This document shows, one piece after another, positions 13,671 through 26,605 of a DNA stretch of 64,000 nucleotides. This DNA comes from Callorhinchus milii (taxonomy: Eukaryota): positions 72,108,001 to 72,172,000 of the forward strand of contig NW_024704742.1 of assembly GCF_018977255.1 (NCBI RefSeq), written 5' to 3'. The first letter of the stretch is position 1. Every line of letters starts with the position of its first letter. Below the pieces are notes generated by a model. That model was not told where the DNA came from. It saw nothing but the letters and a program-made list of their open reading frames with translations, and searched no databases. Both the position numbers and the translations under genes were made by a program.

Positions 13671-14179
13671 TTGAATCTCTCTATATAACGCTGTGTGTTT
13701 GAATCTATCTGTATAAGGCAATGTGTTTGAATTTTTGGGTATAATGCAGTGTGCTGATTCTCTATGTATAACACTGTGTGTTTGAATCTCTCCTGTATGC
13801 CTGGATGCACTAACCCAGTCGGACAGCTCAGTGGCACTGCTCGCCTTACACAGAAGTGATCTGAAATAGCTGCTATTTTGGTTGATGTTAATCTGCTCTG
13901 TGTTTGGCAGAGAGTTCAGGACTCGGTCAACCGTGCCTGACACCACACTTGCATTTGTTCCACTAAAGGCTTCCCTGTCAGTTTGCGTTAAGTGTGACGG
14001 GGTTGTGAACTGCAAATGATCCGGGGGAACCAGCGCTCCACACGTGACACCACCTGTGCCCTTTTTTGACTCATCCCGGGTCTCAGCGCACCTCCGCTCG
14101 GCATGTGGGTACCTGTCCTAACCCACCAGCACTCAGCTGTCGTCATCTCCCTGCAGTCACCTGTCAAACCCGCACTCAT

Positions 14180-14590
14180 CTGTCTTAACCCACCAGCTCT
14201 CACCTGTACTAACCCACCAGCTTTTACCTGTACTAACCCACCAGCTCTCACCTGTACTAACCCACCAGGTCTCACCTGTACTAACCCACCAGCTCTCACC
14301 TGTACTAACCCACCAGCTCTCACCTGTACTAACCCACCAGCTTTTACCTGTACTAACCCACCAGCTCTCACCTGTACGAACCCACCAGCTCTCACCTGTA
14401 CTAACCCACCAGCTTTTACCTGTACTAACCCACCAGCTCTCACCTGTACTAACCCACCAGGTCTCACCTGTACTAACCCACTAGCTCTCACTTGTCTTAA
14501 CCCTAACCAATCAGCTCTCACATGTCCTAACCCTAACCCACCCGCACTCACCTATCCTAACCTACCACCCATTTACTTGACCCAACCCTA
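14180..14590. repeat. 24-bp minisatellite (tactaacccaccagctctcacctg)
   Basis: About 12-14 copies, decaying to ctaaccctaacc. Confidence 0.95.
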
Positions 14591-15094
14591 GAGCATTCTA
14601 GGACTTAATAATAACAATAATCCCTGCAATTGATGTAGCATCTTATCACATCGTTGAGACATCTCTAAGCACTTCACAGAATATACTGAGGATGAAACTT
14701 GATCTCTTCGCATTTGGCATGTGAAGAGAGGGTGGAGGGTGTTGAGGAGGGGAGACAGGACAAGGAGGAGATTATGTGGTGAAAACAGGAGCTTGGGATG
14801 GATTTTGGCCTCCAGGAGAGCACTGGAGTAAAACACAGTTTTAGCTATTTTGAGGGAGATGCAGATCGTTGGGAGATGTTTGAACCAGAACTGGTGGTAA
14901 ACATTAGCTGGTTTTGTGCCTTATGCGTTTCAGGGCGTGGCACTCAGATTTAAGAAGTGAAGGTGGCTTTTGTACCAGAAGGAGTGGGAAGGGTGGATGC
15001 GGGTTTCAGTGGGCGAGTGAGTTTAGGGTGGGGGAGCGATGGCTGTTTCGCAGCTTGATGGCTACATCAAGATTTCTGCAGGTGGAGCCCAGAG

Positions 15095-15500
15095 AGAATC
15101 ATAGAATCTTACAGCACAGAAGGAGGCCATTCGGCTCATCGTTCCTGTGCTGGCTCTTTGAAAGAGCTACCCAATCAGTCCCACTCCCCCACTCTTAACC
15201 TACAGCCCTGCAATTTTTTCCTTTAGAACTATCTATCCAATTCCCTTTTGAAAGCTATTATCGAATCTGCCTTCACCACCCTTTCAGACATTCCAGATTT
15301 TACAATTCTCTGGGTAAAAATTTTTTGGGAAACAATCTCAGCTTCTCTCCCACCTAACTGAAGTCACACATCTGTGGTATAATTCTGGTAAATCTCCTTT
15401 GTGCCCTCTCCAAGACCCTAACATCCTAAAGTATGGTGGCCAGAATTGGACACAGTACTCCAGCTGAGGCCTAACCAGTGATTTATAAAGGATTATCTTA
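15095..15500 (-). mobile_element. CR1 LINE 3' fragment
   Basis: LYKSLVRPQLEYCVQFW motif and CR1 3'UTR on the minus strand. Confidence 0.85.
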
Positions 15501-16324
15501 ACTTCTAAACTCAATCCTTTGCCAATGATGGGCTCCCAGAACTTGGACTGTACTGTCGCCACTCGGATTAGAGACAGAGTAAAGCTCCCTCTACACTGTC
15601 ACTCTCCCTCTACAATACACAACGAGGAATAATAACAACAACTTGCATTTACATTGCACCCTTCACACGGGGTAGCATCTTGGAGCACTTAATAATAACA
15701 GTGTCTCTGGGAATGATGTAATGAATCGGTCCTTGCCCTCGGAGCGTATCCGAAACTCCCTCAACTTCACTTACCCTCAATATTGATACAATTGTCCGTG
15801 TGCTTTCCTAGAACGTGTGCTTTCCTAGAATGTAGAGATTCATCTATATTTAAATCAGGCCTGCTCGTGACCCCTCTTCACTAACCATTAACCTGTCAGC
15901 AAAGCTCAGTGTCTCGATCACAACCAGGGCCTCGGGAGACATTACTCACCAAGGTTAGCACCGTGACACTGAGAGGCAAGGACAGCAATCTAATGGGTCT
16001 GTGTGGCAGACTGCAGCAGTGCCTGGCATCTTCCCCCACCCCACCACTACAACACTATCCCCCCCCCCCGCCCCAAAACACTCCCCACCTATAACACCTG
16101 CCCTACAACATTCCTCCCACCCCAACACTCCCCATCCCAACCTCCCACCAGAACATTCTCCATCCACCCAGCTCCAGAAAATAGATCCCGGGAGTGAGTT
16201 ACAGGCCGGATTCTAATTGGTGACCGATCTTTCCAATTCTACACACCTAACTTCTCAAACTTCCTCCCTCTCTCAATCTGTCTTCAATCCCCACCTTAAA
16301 TCCACTTCATCTCCACAATCGGCT

Positions 16325-17368
16325 TGTGCAGGATTCCTCAGGAACCTATCCTTGGTCCCCTCCTCTTCAATATCTATATGCTCCTTCTTGCTATCATCAT
16401 CCGCAGACATGGGGTCAACTTCCACATGTATGCGGATGACACCCAACTCTATCTCTCTGACTCCACCCTTGACTCCAGGACCACTGCTGTCCTGACAGAA
16501 TGTCTGTCAGACATCAAGTCCTGGATGAGAGCTAACTTTCTTCAATTGAATGTCAACAAGACCGAGGCTCTCCTGATTGGCTCCCGTCAGCGCTTCCACA
16601 TCTCAGGCGCTGACAGATCACTATCTATGGTTGCACACTCCACCTTACTGAGCCAGTCCAGAACCTTGGCATCTTGTTTGACCCTTAACTTTCTACCCCA
16701 CATTTTGCCATGCTCCGCTCTGCCTTCCCCACCTCCGCAACATCACCGGACTCGGCCACTCTCACACCGCAGGCTGCCGAAACCCTTACACATGCTTTCA
16801 TTACATCGAGGCTTGACTATGCAAACTCATTGCTTGCCAACCTTTCCAACTCCTCCCTTCACAGCCTGCAGATGATCCAGAACTCAGCAGGCCATGTCCT
16901 CTCCCACACCCAATCACCCCCATCCTCGCCCAACTCCACTGGCTTCCCATCACACAGAGGATACAGTTCAATATCCTGGTCCTTACCTTCAAAGCCCTCC
17001 ATGGTCTTGCTTCCCCCTACCTCTGTAACCTCCTTACCCCCTATCATCCTGTTCGCTCCCTCCACTCAGCGAGCTCCGGCCTGCTTCACGTCCCACGCCT
17101 CGCTCGCCTCACTACTGGCGGGTTGGCCTTCTGCCACTCTGCCCCCACCCTCTGGAACTCCATCCCGTAGTCCCTCCGCCTCACCCCCTCCCTTGCCTCC
17201 TTCAAGACCCATCTCAAGACCCTCCTCTTCAACTATGCTTTTGATCTCCCTGCCCTCCATTCTCCCCAACCCCGACCCCCAGCTTGGGTCTGAAACTCTG
17301 TCCAGCACCTTGGGACATCCTCCCGATGTGAAAAGCTCTATACAAATGCAATTTTTTTTGTTGTTGTT
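16325..17368 (+). mobile_element. L2 LINE 3' fragment, frameshifted
   Basis: LGPLLFNIYM...YADDTQLY...SRLDYANSLL and an L2 tail. Confidence 0.92.
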
Positions 17369-17642
17369 AAAATCTATTTGTGTCTTTTTGCTATCCCTCC
17401 TCCTCTGCCCCTCCTGATCAGCCTCCTGCCTCCCCCAGCCATTGTAAAGTGCTCTGTGTTATTCTGTGTGAAGGATATTATGTAACACCAGCAGTTACCC
17501 CATACCCTGGGGTCCCCAATCCTTGGCTCTTGCCAACTTGCAGCTAATATTCCCTGGGATTGGATAAGAAGGATGTATCCTTCCAGGGAGAGAGAATGTA
17601 CATTCCATTCTATACACTTCCATGTGCAGATGGCATAAATAT

Positions 17643-17909
17643 GGAGTCCTGTAGCTTAGTGGTTAGAGCACTCGCCTTGCAAACAAGAGGACTCGGTTTG
17701 ATTCCCAGGCGGGGCAAAACAGTAAGTAGGAACCCAATGGCTAGTCGATTGGTGGATCGCTTTTCCAGGGGTAATAATCCCTTTAAAAAAATTAACAATT
17801 TGCGCAATTGGCACAGTCAATTCACTTTACAGTATATTCTGTGAAACGCTTTGAAACGTCTCAAAGACATGATAAGGCGCTATATTAATGCAAGGATTAT
17901 TATTGTTAT
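17643..17909 (+). mobile_element. tRNA-SINE inserted into an unclassified repeat (17488-18000)
   Basis: Flanked by a TAAATATG direct repeat. Confidence 0.85.
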
Positions 17910-18429
17910 TAAATATGAGGAACTCTCAGTCTGGTTTGGGGACTGGAGCATGGTGATGGGTTTCCGTGTGTGTTGGGCACCTGGCTGACCAAAAAATTAG
18001 CTACTTTAATTGCTATGCTTTGCCTCCATCGTGTGGTGGTCTGGGAATACTGCAGGTTCACACTTCCAGGTTCAGTCACAGACTGTGAGACGAACAGCCC
18101 AGAAGAGGGGCATGAGGGAGGGCACGTGTCTGAGGCAGTAAAAACTGCCCTCCGTACTTCGGTCAATAAGAGTCCCAGTCTCCCCTGCCCCTCTCTTTCC
18201 TCCTGAAGGGGTCGGATGATGGGAGTTTTTCGATAAGCGAGCACCAGCACAAACACGATGGGGAGAGAGCAGGGAATGGGATTAGAGAGCTCCAGCGAGG
18301 CAGTGAGCACCAGCACAGACACGATGGGGAGAGAGCAGGGAATGGGATTAGAGTAGAGAGCTCCAGTGAGGGAGCGAGCACCAGCATAGACACGATGGGG
18401 AAATGTCCTCCTCTGCTGTGAATATATGT

Positions 18430-19400
18430 CTACTGTCCTTTCCAGCTCCTAGAGCAATGGTTCCCTCCCTCTCTTCCTTCCCCCTCCCACCCACTCAATT
18501 TCAACCTCTCTCCCACTCTTACTTAGTTTCTCCCTCTCGCTCCCTCTCCCTTCTCCTCTCTCATCCTCCCCCCCCTCCCCCCATCTCGCTCTCCCCCTCC
18601 TCCATCTCTCCTCCCTTCTCTTCCCCTCTCCTCTCTCTCCCCTCCCTCTTCCGCCTCCCTTCCTCCTTCCCTCCCTTTCCCATGTGTGTGAGAAAGATAG
18701 AGTGAGAATGAATCAGATAGAGTGTGTGAGAGATAGAGAGATAGCGAATGAGAGAATGCGTGAGAGAGAGTTAAAAGATAGTGTGAGAGAGAGAAAGAGA
18801 GAGGGTGTGAGAGAGACAGAGACAGAAAAAGAGAGAGGGAGTGAGAGAGACACAGCAGGGGTGTAAATAAGCAGCCCAGGGCCCCAATCTGGCAGCTAAC
18901 CAAACCCACAAATTATACATTTTCTTAGTTTTACACTTTGTTTTCTTAAACCAAGACTCAATTCATCTCCTCCATCGCTCCCCCCTCCCTCACTCCTAAC
19001 TTCCTTCCTTCCTTCCTCCCTCCTCCGTCACTCCCCCTCCTCCATCACTCCCTCCCTCCTCCATCACTCCCTCCCTCCCGCCTCCCTCGTCACTCCCTCC
19101 TTCCTCCCTCTTTCGTCACTCCCTCCCTCACTCCTCCATCACTCCATCCCTCCTCCTTCTCTCACAACCTCCTTCTCTCCCCCTCCCTCCCTCCATTCCG
19201 CACCACTCCATCCCTCCTCCATTACTCCCTCCCTCCCTCCCTCTTTCCTCCCTCCTTCCCTTCCTCCTCTTTCGTCCCTCCATCCTCCCTCTCTCCTTCC
19301 TCCATCACTCCCTGTCCCCCCCATCCTCCATCACTCTCTCCTTCCCTCCTCCCTCCCTCCTTCCCTCCCTCACCCTTCCTTCCCTCACTCCCTTGCTACA
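18430..19400. repeat. CT-rich and GA-rich low-complexity tracts
   Basis: Direct observation. Confidence 0.85.
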
Positions 19401-19404
19401 GATT

Positions 19405-19830
19405 CTTATCAAAACCTCTCACACCACTTCACAGATTTCACTGTAAAGTGTAGTGACTGTGTATTTTGTGGGTGAACACGGCAGCCAATTTGTGCACAGC
19501 GACATACCACAAACAGATGTGAAGTGAGTGACTGATTTTACCTGTGCGACTGATGCTGCGATTGAAAGGCGCTTTATCAAATGCAAGGATTATTATTATA
19601 GAACTCTGGATAGAGAAACTCTTCTCTTTTTGAATAGCACAGCGCGATCTTTAATGTACACCTGGACAGGGCACAGGCGTCTCTGACAATGCAGCACTCT
19701 CTCCCCCCCCACTACACTGGAGCATCAGCCTGGACTGTGAGCTCAATCTGATGTGATGGGGGAGGGTGGGGGAGCTCAAACACACAAGCTCCTCACCCGG
19801 AGGCGCGAGTGTGAATAGCTGAGCCAGAGG
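19405..19830 (-). mobile_element. DeuSINE-like SINE remnant
   Basis: Reverse complement of Deu-domain-like and tail sequence (ctctgacaatgcagcact; gcagccaatttg). Confidence 0.6.
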
Positions 19831-20282
19831 CTGGGTCAGAGAGGAAGGGGTTAACGTGCGAGGCAGGGACTGGGGAGGGGCGTCTCTTTTCAAACCCCTT
19901 GACTGCCAGAGTGACTATTAATAACTAGTGAGTTAGTCAGGACGTCCGGGGGGGTGGGAGGGCAGCCTGGGCGGGGGACTTTGCTGGCGACTCCTGCTCT
20001 GAGCCCACCCCCCCACCATCACCTCACTGTCTAACAGCTCCACCAGCAGAGAGCTGCAATCAGTCAGCACAACTCCATCTGCTTCTTGTTATAGGGTTTA
20101 GTGAAGCTGTGAGCTACAGTCAGTGACACTGCGCGTTGGCCGGCCAGGGAGCGACTGAGCAACACACAGCCAGGCAGCGGCAGCGACAGCTAGAACAGCA
20201 TCAGCACTGACACCCAGCCCGGGAACTCCTTTCCCTTCTTTTACAGGAAAGTTGATGTTTTGGAGCCTGACAGAGGATAAAC

Positions 20283-20322
20283 ATGACAACTGTAAACACA
20301 GACATGAGGAGTCTCAACACAG
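20283..20322 (+). CDS. HSPA12B: HSPA12B first coding exon (putative)
   Basis: ATG...MTTVNTDMRSLNT G/gtagga; phase 1 matches the next exon; candidate acceptor ttttacag at about 20246. Confidence 0.7.
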
Positions 20323-20327
20323 GTAGG

Positions 20328-20602
20328 ACTCACTGTACAGACATCTCTCACTGTACAGACATCTCTCTCTGTACAGACATCTCTCGCTGTACAGACATCT
20401 CTCTCTGTACAGACATCTCTCGCTGTACAGACATCTCTCACTGTACAGACATCTCTCGCTGTACAGACATCCCTCACTGTACAGACATCCCTCACTGTAC
20501 AGACATCCCTCGCTGTACAGACATCTCTCACTGTACAGACATCCCTCACTGTACAGACATCTCTCACTGTACAGACATCCCTCACTGTACAGACATCTCT
20601 CG
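20328..20602. repeat. 18-bp minisatellite (ctcactgtacagacatct) directly after the first HSPA12B coding exon
   Basis: About 15 copies, each containing the palindrome CTGTACAG. Confidence 0.95.
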
Positions 20603-20699
20603 TGCAGTTTCATTTGTAGGTGAGATTTGTAGGTGCCCCCCACCATCCTCCACCTTCCCGAGATGGTTCAGATGGAGGTAGAGTTGCTCCTGTCAGAGT

Positions 20700-21690
20700 T
20701 GTGTGTGTGTGTGTATGTGTACCTGTGTGCATGTGTGTGTGAGGATGGTGTGTATGTGTATGTGTGGACGGTGTATGTGTGTAGAGAGTGTGTGTGGATG
20801 GTGTGCGTGTGTGGACAGTGTGTGTGTCGACGGTGCATGTGTGAGTGTGTGTGTCGATGGTGTGTGTGTGGACTGTATAATAATAATAATATAAAAATAA
20901 GTGTATAAGGTGTGTTTGTGTGGGTCGACAGTGCCCGCGTGTGCGCGTATGTGTATATGGTGTGTTTGTGTGTGTGTGTGGACGGTGTGTGTATATGTGT
21001 GTGGACGGTATGTGTGTGTGTGGACAGTGTGTGGATGGTTTGTGTGTGTGTGGATGGTGTGTGTGTGTGTGTGGATGGTGTGTGTGTGTGGATGGTGTGC
21101 GTGTGTGGATGGTGTGCGTGCGTGGACGGTGTGTGTGTGTGGACGGTTTGTGTGTGTGGACACTATGTGTGTGTGTCTGGACGGTGTGTGTGTCTGCACG
21201 TTATGTATGTGTGGGCGATGTGTGTGTGTATGTGTGTGTGCATGTGTGTGTGGATGGTGTGTGTGTGTGGACAGTGTGCGTGTGTGGACGGTGTATGTGT
21301 GTGGATGGTGTGTGAGTGTGGATGGTGTGTGTGTGTGTGGGCGGTGTGTGTGTATTGAAGGGCGTGTGTGTGTGTGGATGGTGTATGTGTGTGGACGGTG
21401 GTGTGTGTGTGTGAATGGTGTGTTTGTGTGTGTGGACACTGTGTGTGTGTGTCTGGACGTCGTGTGGTGTGGGCGGTGTGTATGTGTGTGTCTGCACAGT
21501 GCGTGTATGTAGATGGTGTGCGTGTGTGTGCATGGTGTGTGTGCATGGTGTTTGTGTGTGGACGATCTGTGTGTGTGTGGGCGGTGTGTCTGTGTGTGTG
21601 TGTGTGTGCACGGTGTGTGTGTGCATGGTGTTTGTGTGTGGACGATGTGTGTGTGTGTGTGTGTGTGAGGACAGTGTGGTGTGTGTAGGG
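20700..21690. repeat. (GT)n/GGACG compound satellite
   Basis: Direct observation. Confidence 0.95.
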
Positions 21691-22009
21691 CCGGGAGCGG
21701 GGATGGCCACCGTCCACACGTTCACACACTGTCCCCCGTCTGAATCCCCGCTTGCTCCCACTCACTGTCTGACAGGGGAGCTGAGCAGTGGGATCGCAGC
21801 CAAGATTCCAGCCGACACGGGAGAGGCTCAGATCCCTTTCCCAGGAGACGCCCACTTCCCAAAAAAACACGGAGACAATGGCGGGAAGGGCTGAGCATTC
21901 CCAAAGCCCCCCCTCCCCCCCTCACTCAGCCAGGCTCTTAAAGGGCCATTGTTATCCTGTTATTGTGCCCACACTGCCCAGGACAGCCTGGTGCCAGTAG
22001 CACTCAGCA

Positions 22010-22800
22010 TAGCCCCCTCGCTTACCACTCACTCCTCAATCCTCCCCCTCGCTCAACCCCTTACTATCCCCTAACCCCTTGCTCAAGCCTTCGCCCCCTC
22101 TTGCCCACCCCCTCGCTCTCTCCTCGCCCCCCTCGCTCACCCACTCAACTCCCCGCGCTTGTCCCCTCACGAATGCTCTCGCTCTCCTCTCATTCCCCTT
22201 ACTCACCCCCCTTACTCGCCCCCCTGCTTCCCCCTTGCCCCCTTGCTCACTCCCTCTCTCACCACTCACTCAGTCCTCACTCCTCCCACTCCCTGTCCCC
22301 CTCGCTCACCCCTTTACTCTCCCCTAACCCCTTGCTCAAGCCTTCGCCCTACCTTGTCCGCCCCTCGCTCTTTCCTCACCCCCTCGCTTGCCCCCTTGTT
22401 TCCCTTCACTTGCCCCCTCACTCACCCCCTCGCTCTCCCCTCACCCTCCTTATTCGCCCCGTCGCTCTACCCTCACTCCCCCTTACTCGTGCCCCCTTAC
22501 TTGCCCCACCTGCTTGCCCCCTTGTTCTGCTCGCTTTCTGCTGACCTCACTCGCCCTCCCCTCATCTCCTCACTCTTCCCTTCAGTCTCCCCCCTCACTC
22601 TCCCCCTCTCTCTCCCTCTTGCTCTCTCCCTCACTCTCCCCCTCACTCGCCACCTCACTCTCCCCCTCACTCGCCCCCTCGCTCTCCCTTAATGCCCCCC
22701 TTGTCCCTCCTCGCTCTCCTCCTTGCTCGCCCCCTTGCTCTCCCCTCACTCTCCCCTCGCTTCCCCCTTCTCGCCCCCCCCCCCCACCTCTACCCTCTTG
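22010..22800. repeat. C-rich (CCCCTCGCT/CACT) low-complexity tract
   Basis: Direct observation. Confidence 0.85.
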
Positions 22801-23109
22801 CTGTGGGAGCGTGAGGCTGGGAGTGGGGGAGTGGGGCCTCTGGCTCGGTCTGTGTGTGTGGAAGAATTTACATCTGTTTCTTGTTATATGGTGCGGCGTG
22901 AGCTGCGGGGGCTGGGGGGAGGGGCACTCGGCAAACCCTGGCTCCACTTCTATCGGTGGGGGGGAAGTGGGGAGCGAGGAGGGAGTCTAACTGCAGGCCT
23001 CTCCTGGCAGACTAGCTGACAGTCTGAGATTGAGAACACAGCCTCCATCACCCTCTTGTCTCGAGTGCCTGTAACAGCCAATGTCATCTGTGCCTAACTT
23101 CATCCTGTA

Positions 23110-24265
23110 CTGTCAGAGACTGTCAGAGTCCAGGCTGATGCTCCAATGCGGTGGTGGCAAAAGCGCCGCATTGTCAGAGGTGCCGTCCTTTGGATGAAAT
23201 GTTAAATTGAGGTCCCGTCTGTTCCTGTTCAAGCGGACATTAAAGATCTTGTGGCGTTATTTGAAAAATGAAGGGAGTTTCTCTCTCTCTGTGTCCTGGC
23301 CAACAATCCCCCAGATCAAGCCTATTCTTTGTATATGTTAATGACCTGGATTCACTGACCCAGTGTAAGACAGTTACACTTGCAGATGACACCAAGTCGG
23401 GGGGTACAGTGGAATCAGAGGAGGCAGCAAAGGCCCTACAAAGAGAGCCTGATAGGGTGTGTGCACATGGGCTGATAACTGGCAAATGAAGTTTAATACT
23501 AATAAATGTAAGGCACTACGTATAGGATCCAAGAATAGGAAACACAAATACTCCACGAATGGGACAGAACTTGCCAAGGAGGAGCTGAGAGAGATCTCGA
23601 GGTGTTAGTTGACTCGTTCCTCACTATGTCACACAGTGTGAGGCAGCAATAAACAAGGCAAACAGGACGCTAGATTGTCAATCATGTGAGTTCAGATCCC
23701 CAGACGTCACACTGGACAGGGCTCGGGTCAGGCCCCACCTTGAACACTGCAGACAGTCCTGGTCACTGTGACATAAGGGGCTGCTCAGACCCTAGAGACA
23801 GTGCAGAGGAGAGCAACGCGGCTGATCCCTAGTGTTAGAGGAATGAGCTGTGAGCAACGATTAGACAAACTCGGGCTCATCAGTCTGGAGACAAGGTGAC
23901 TCAGAGAAGATGTTATAGAGGTGTTAATATTTTAAATAAGATTGAAAAAACTCCAAGACAGTGCAACACCAAGTTGAGGGGTACAGTGGAACCAGCAAGG
24001 GTGGTTGAGCCCCGGACACAGGACTGATTTAATTAGGAGCTTGATGCCATGATGGGGGTATGGTACGGTTGAGATTCTGGAGGATGAGATCAGGTGGGTC
24101 GAAGGGTCTTCTTTATCCAAATCAATCATGTGATCTTGGAAAGTCTCTCATTCACTTCATGGCTGTTTGTGAGATGTTGCTGCGCGCAAATTGGCTGCGA
24201 TGTTCATCTACAAAACAGTCACTACACTTTAGAGTGAATCCTGTGAAGCATTTTGAAACATTTGG
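23110..24265 (+). mobile_element. DeuSINE-like SINE interrupted by a CR1 fragment (about 23320-24125)
   Basis: Deu-like core gtgccgtcctttggatgaaatgttaaa before, SINE tail after, and FVYVNDLD/ADDTK CR1 motifs between. Confidence 0.75.
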
Positions 24266-24339
24266 TTTTACAGACTCTCTGTAGAGATTATTATACTGTG
24301 TGTGTCTGTGTACGAGGCTGTGTGAGGGTGTGTATGAGG

Positions 24340-24921
24340 GTGTAGATAAGTAGGATCTCCTTAGAGTTGAACTGGCCCCAAGGTGACGTGCCTGGCAATG
24401 GAATGTCAGAATCGAGCCAGCCCTCTGTGACGGTCTTTAGTCCGCTTCCTGAGCCAGGCGGGTCCCTAGTATTCCAGGGCATTGGTGATGACAATTCATT
24501 GGCAGGAATTGGAAGGGCACACCAGTCATTGGGATCATCCCACTCAGCTTCTGTTAACCTTGCAAGCCAAAGCCCTAATGGGTACGGTGGTCCTAGCTGG
24601 ACCCGCAGTGGGAAAGCTTGCCAGACAAACCCATCAATGGTAAACTATATGGTTTTAGCTGGTTAGACTCCAGCAGTTCCCCAACACACATTCTGGGGTC
24701 CCTAAGCCTTAGCTCTTGCCAACCTGCGCCTAATACTCTCCGGAATTAGGTAAACAGGATGTGTCCCTCCAGGGAGAGAGTGTGCGTTCCATTCCAACAA
24801 TCTATCTCTGGGATTTCCATATGTAGGTAGGATGCGTGGAAATCTCAGCTTGGTTTGGATACTCTTAAGTATGATGATGAGTTTCTACATATGTCAGACA
24901 TCCAGCTGAATCCTAAAAAAA
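24340..24921 (+). mobile_element. Unclassified dispersed repeat of about 600 bp, longest copy
   Basis: Homologous copies at 17488-18000, 30880-31220, 34820-35375, 40605-40810, 42655-42998 and 56830-56995 (-); A-run at the 3' end. Confidence 0.75.
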
Positions 24922-25022
24922 TGAGGATGTGAGGGTATGTGTGAAAGTGTGCGAGGGTGGGTATGAGGCTATGTCTGTGTGAGTGTTTGTGGATGTCTAT
25001 AACATTTTGTTTCTTTTGCTAG

Positions 25023-25120
25023 ACAATGGGGATGAGAGATCACTGACTCCATCCCCCCCGAACTCACCATTACTAGGGGACAGCTGTGGTGTCGCCCCCC
25101 TGACACCCTCACCCACCCTG
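25023..25120 (+). CDS. HSPA12B: HSPA12B coding exon 2
   Basis: (D)NGDERSLTPSPPNSPLLGDSCGVAPLTPSPTL; resembles the HSPA12B PSPPGSP..SCGIAPLTPS segment. Confidence 0.9.
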
Positions 25121-25411
25121 GTATGTGATCATCACCACATACACCGTGGGGGCACACACTCACTCACACACAAACACATATACACACACTCAGAGACACA
25201 CAAATACACACTCACTCACGCACACACTCACTCACACACAGACACACTCATGTACACACACTCATTCACTCACACACTCACCACACACATTCTCATATGC
25301 TCACATACATTTATACACAGACAGACAGACAACACACACAGTCACACACATACACACACAGATGTGAGACTGACACAGTTATGGGCCACATTGACTCCTG
25401 CCGGTTTACAG

Positions 25412-25536
25412 AGATCGGACGGTGGCTCTCCGCACTACCAGCCATTCCAGGTGGTCATCGCCATTGACTTCGGGACGACAGCCAGTGGCTATGCATACAG
25501 CCTGACCCACGAACCCGAGTCCATCCACATGATGAG
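25412..25536 (+). CDS. HSPA12B: HSPA12B coding exon 3
   Basis: ...FQVVIAIDFGTTASGYAYSLTHEPESIHMM(R); Hsp70-type phosphate-1 motif. Confidence 0.95.
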
Positions 25537-25559
25537 GTGAGAGGAGCTCAACTCTACCC

Positions 25560-25720
25560 CTACCACTGACCTGGGAGTGGACAGACAGTGCAGAGAGAGC
25601 TTTACTGTGTCTCTAACCCTAACCTGGGAGCGTGGATGCACAGTGTAGAGGGAGCTTTACTCCGTCCCTAATAAAGACCTGGGAGTTTGGATGAACAGAG
25701 TAGAGGTAGCTTTATTCCGT
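25560..25720 (+). repeat. Dispersed and tandem ctgggagtgtggat..gtagagggagctttactctgtctctaacc repeat; also at about 10945, 11425, 15565, 38070-38280 and 40290
   Basis: Recurrent unit of about 60 bp in both orientations. Confidence 0.75.
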
Positions 25721-25821
25721 ACTATAATCTGCATTATAGTTGACCACTGTGTGAGGTGTATTGGGATGGTATATGTATTGGGATGTTGTGTGGGGTGTAT
25801 TGGGGTGTTGCGTGGAGTGTA

Positions 25822-26005
25822 TTGGGATGCGGGGTGCCTTGGGATGCGGGGTGCCTTGGGATGCGGGGTGCCTTGGGATGCGGGGTGCCTTGGGATGCGG
25901 GGTGCCTTGGGATGCGGGGTGCCTTGGGATGCGGGGTGCCTTGGGATGCGGGGTGCCTTGGGATGCGGGGTGCCTTGGGATGCGGGGTGCCTTGGGATGC
26001 GGGGT
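25822..26005. repeat. 17-bp minisatellite (ttgggatgcggggtgcc)
   Basis: About 11 near-identical copies. Confidence 0.95.
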
Positions 26006-26418
26006 GTGTTATGTCCTCACCAAACAATGTCTACAACTCTTTTATTGCAGCTCACCAGTTACAAAATTAAACAGTCCAACTAAAAGCCCTCTACTCAGTT
26101 CTCCCTACTTGCTGCTTTTCTGCCTCCTGATCCCCTTCCACTGGTCCTAGTCAATTGGTCCTTATTGTCTTAATGAGTATCCAATAGTGTGTAGTGGGAT
26201 GCTGTGTGTAGTGGGATGCTGTGTGTAGTGGGATGCTGTGTGCAGTGTACTAAATGCTGTGTGGGGTGCATTACATGCTGAATGGGGTGATTTACATGCT
26301 GTGCGGGGTGTATTACATGCTGTGTAGGGTTGTAGTGGGATGCAGTGTGTATTGCATGCCCTGTGGATGTTTTGCTAGACTATGTGTAATGTGAGATTGA
26401 TGGCTGCCTCTGTGCCAG

Positions 26419-26605
26419 GCGGTGGGAAGGTGGAGACCCTGGCGTTGCTAACCAGAAGACCCCGACCTGCCTGCTCCTGACGCCAGCTGCACAATTCCAC
26501 AGCTTTGGTTTCGCGGCCAGAGATTGTTACCACGACCTGGAGCCCGAGGAGGCTAAACACTGGCTCTACTTCGACAAGTTCAAAATGAAAATCCACAGCA
26601 CCAGC
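26419..26605 (+). CDS. HSPA12B: HSPA12B coding exon 4
   Basis: [22 protein letters not shown]...[15 protein letters not shown]; 187 bp. Confidence 0.95.
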
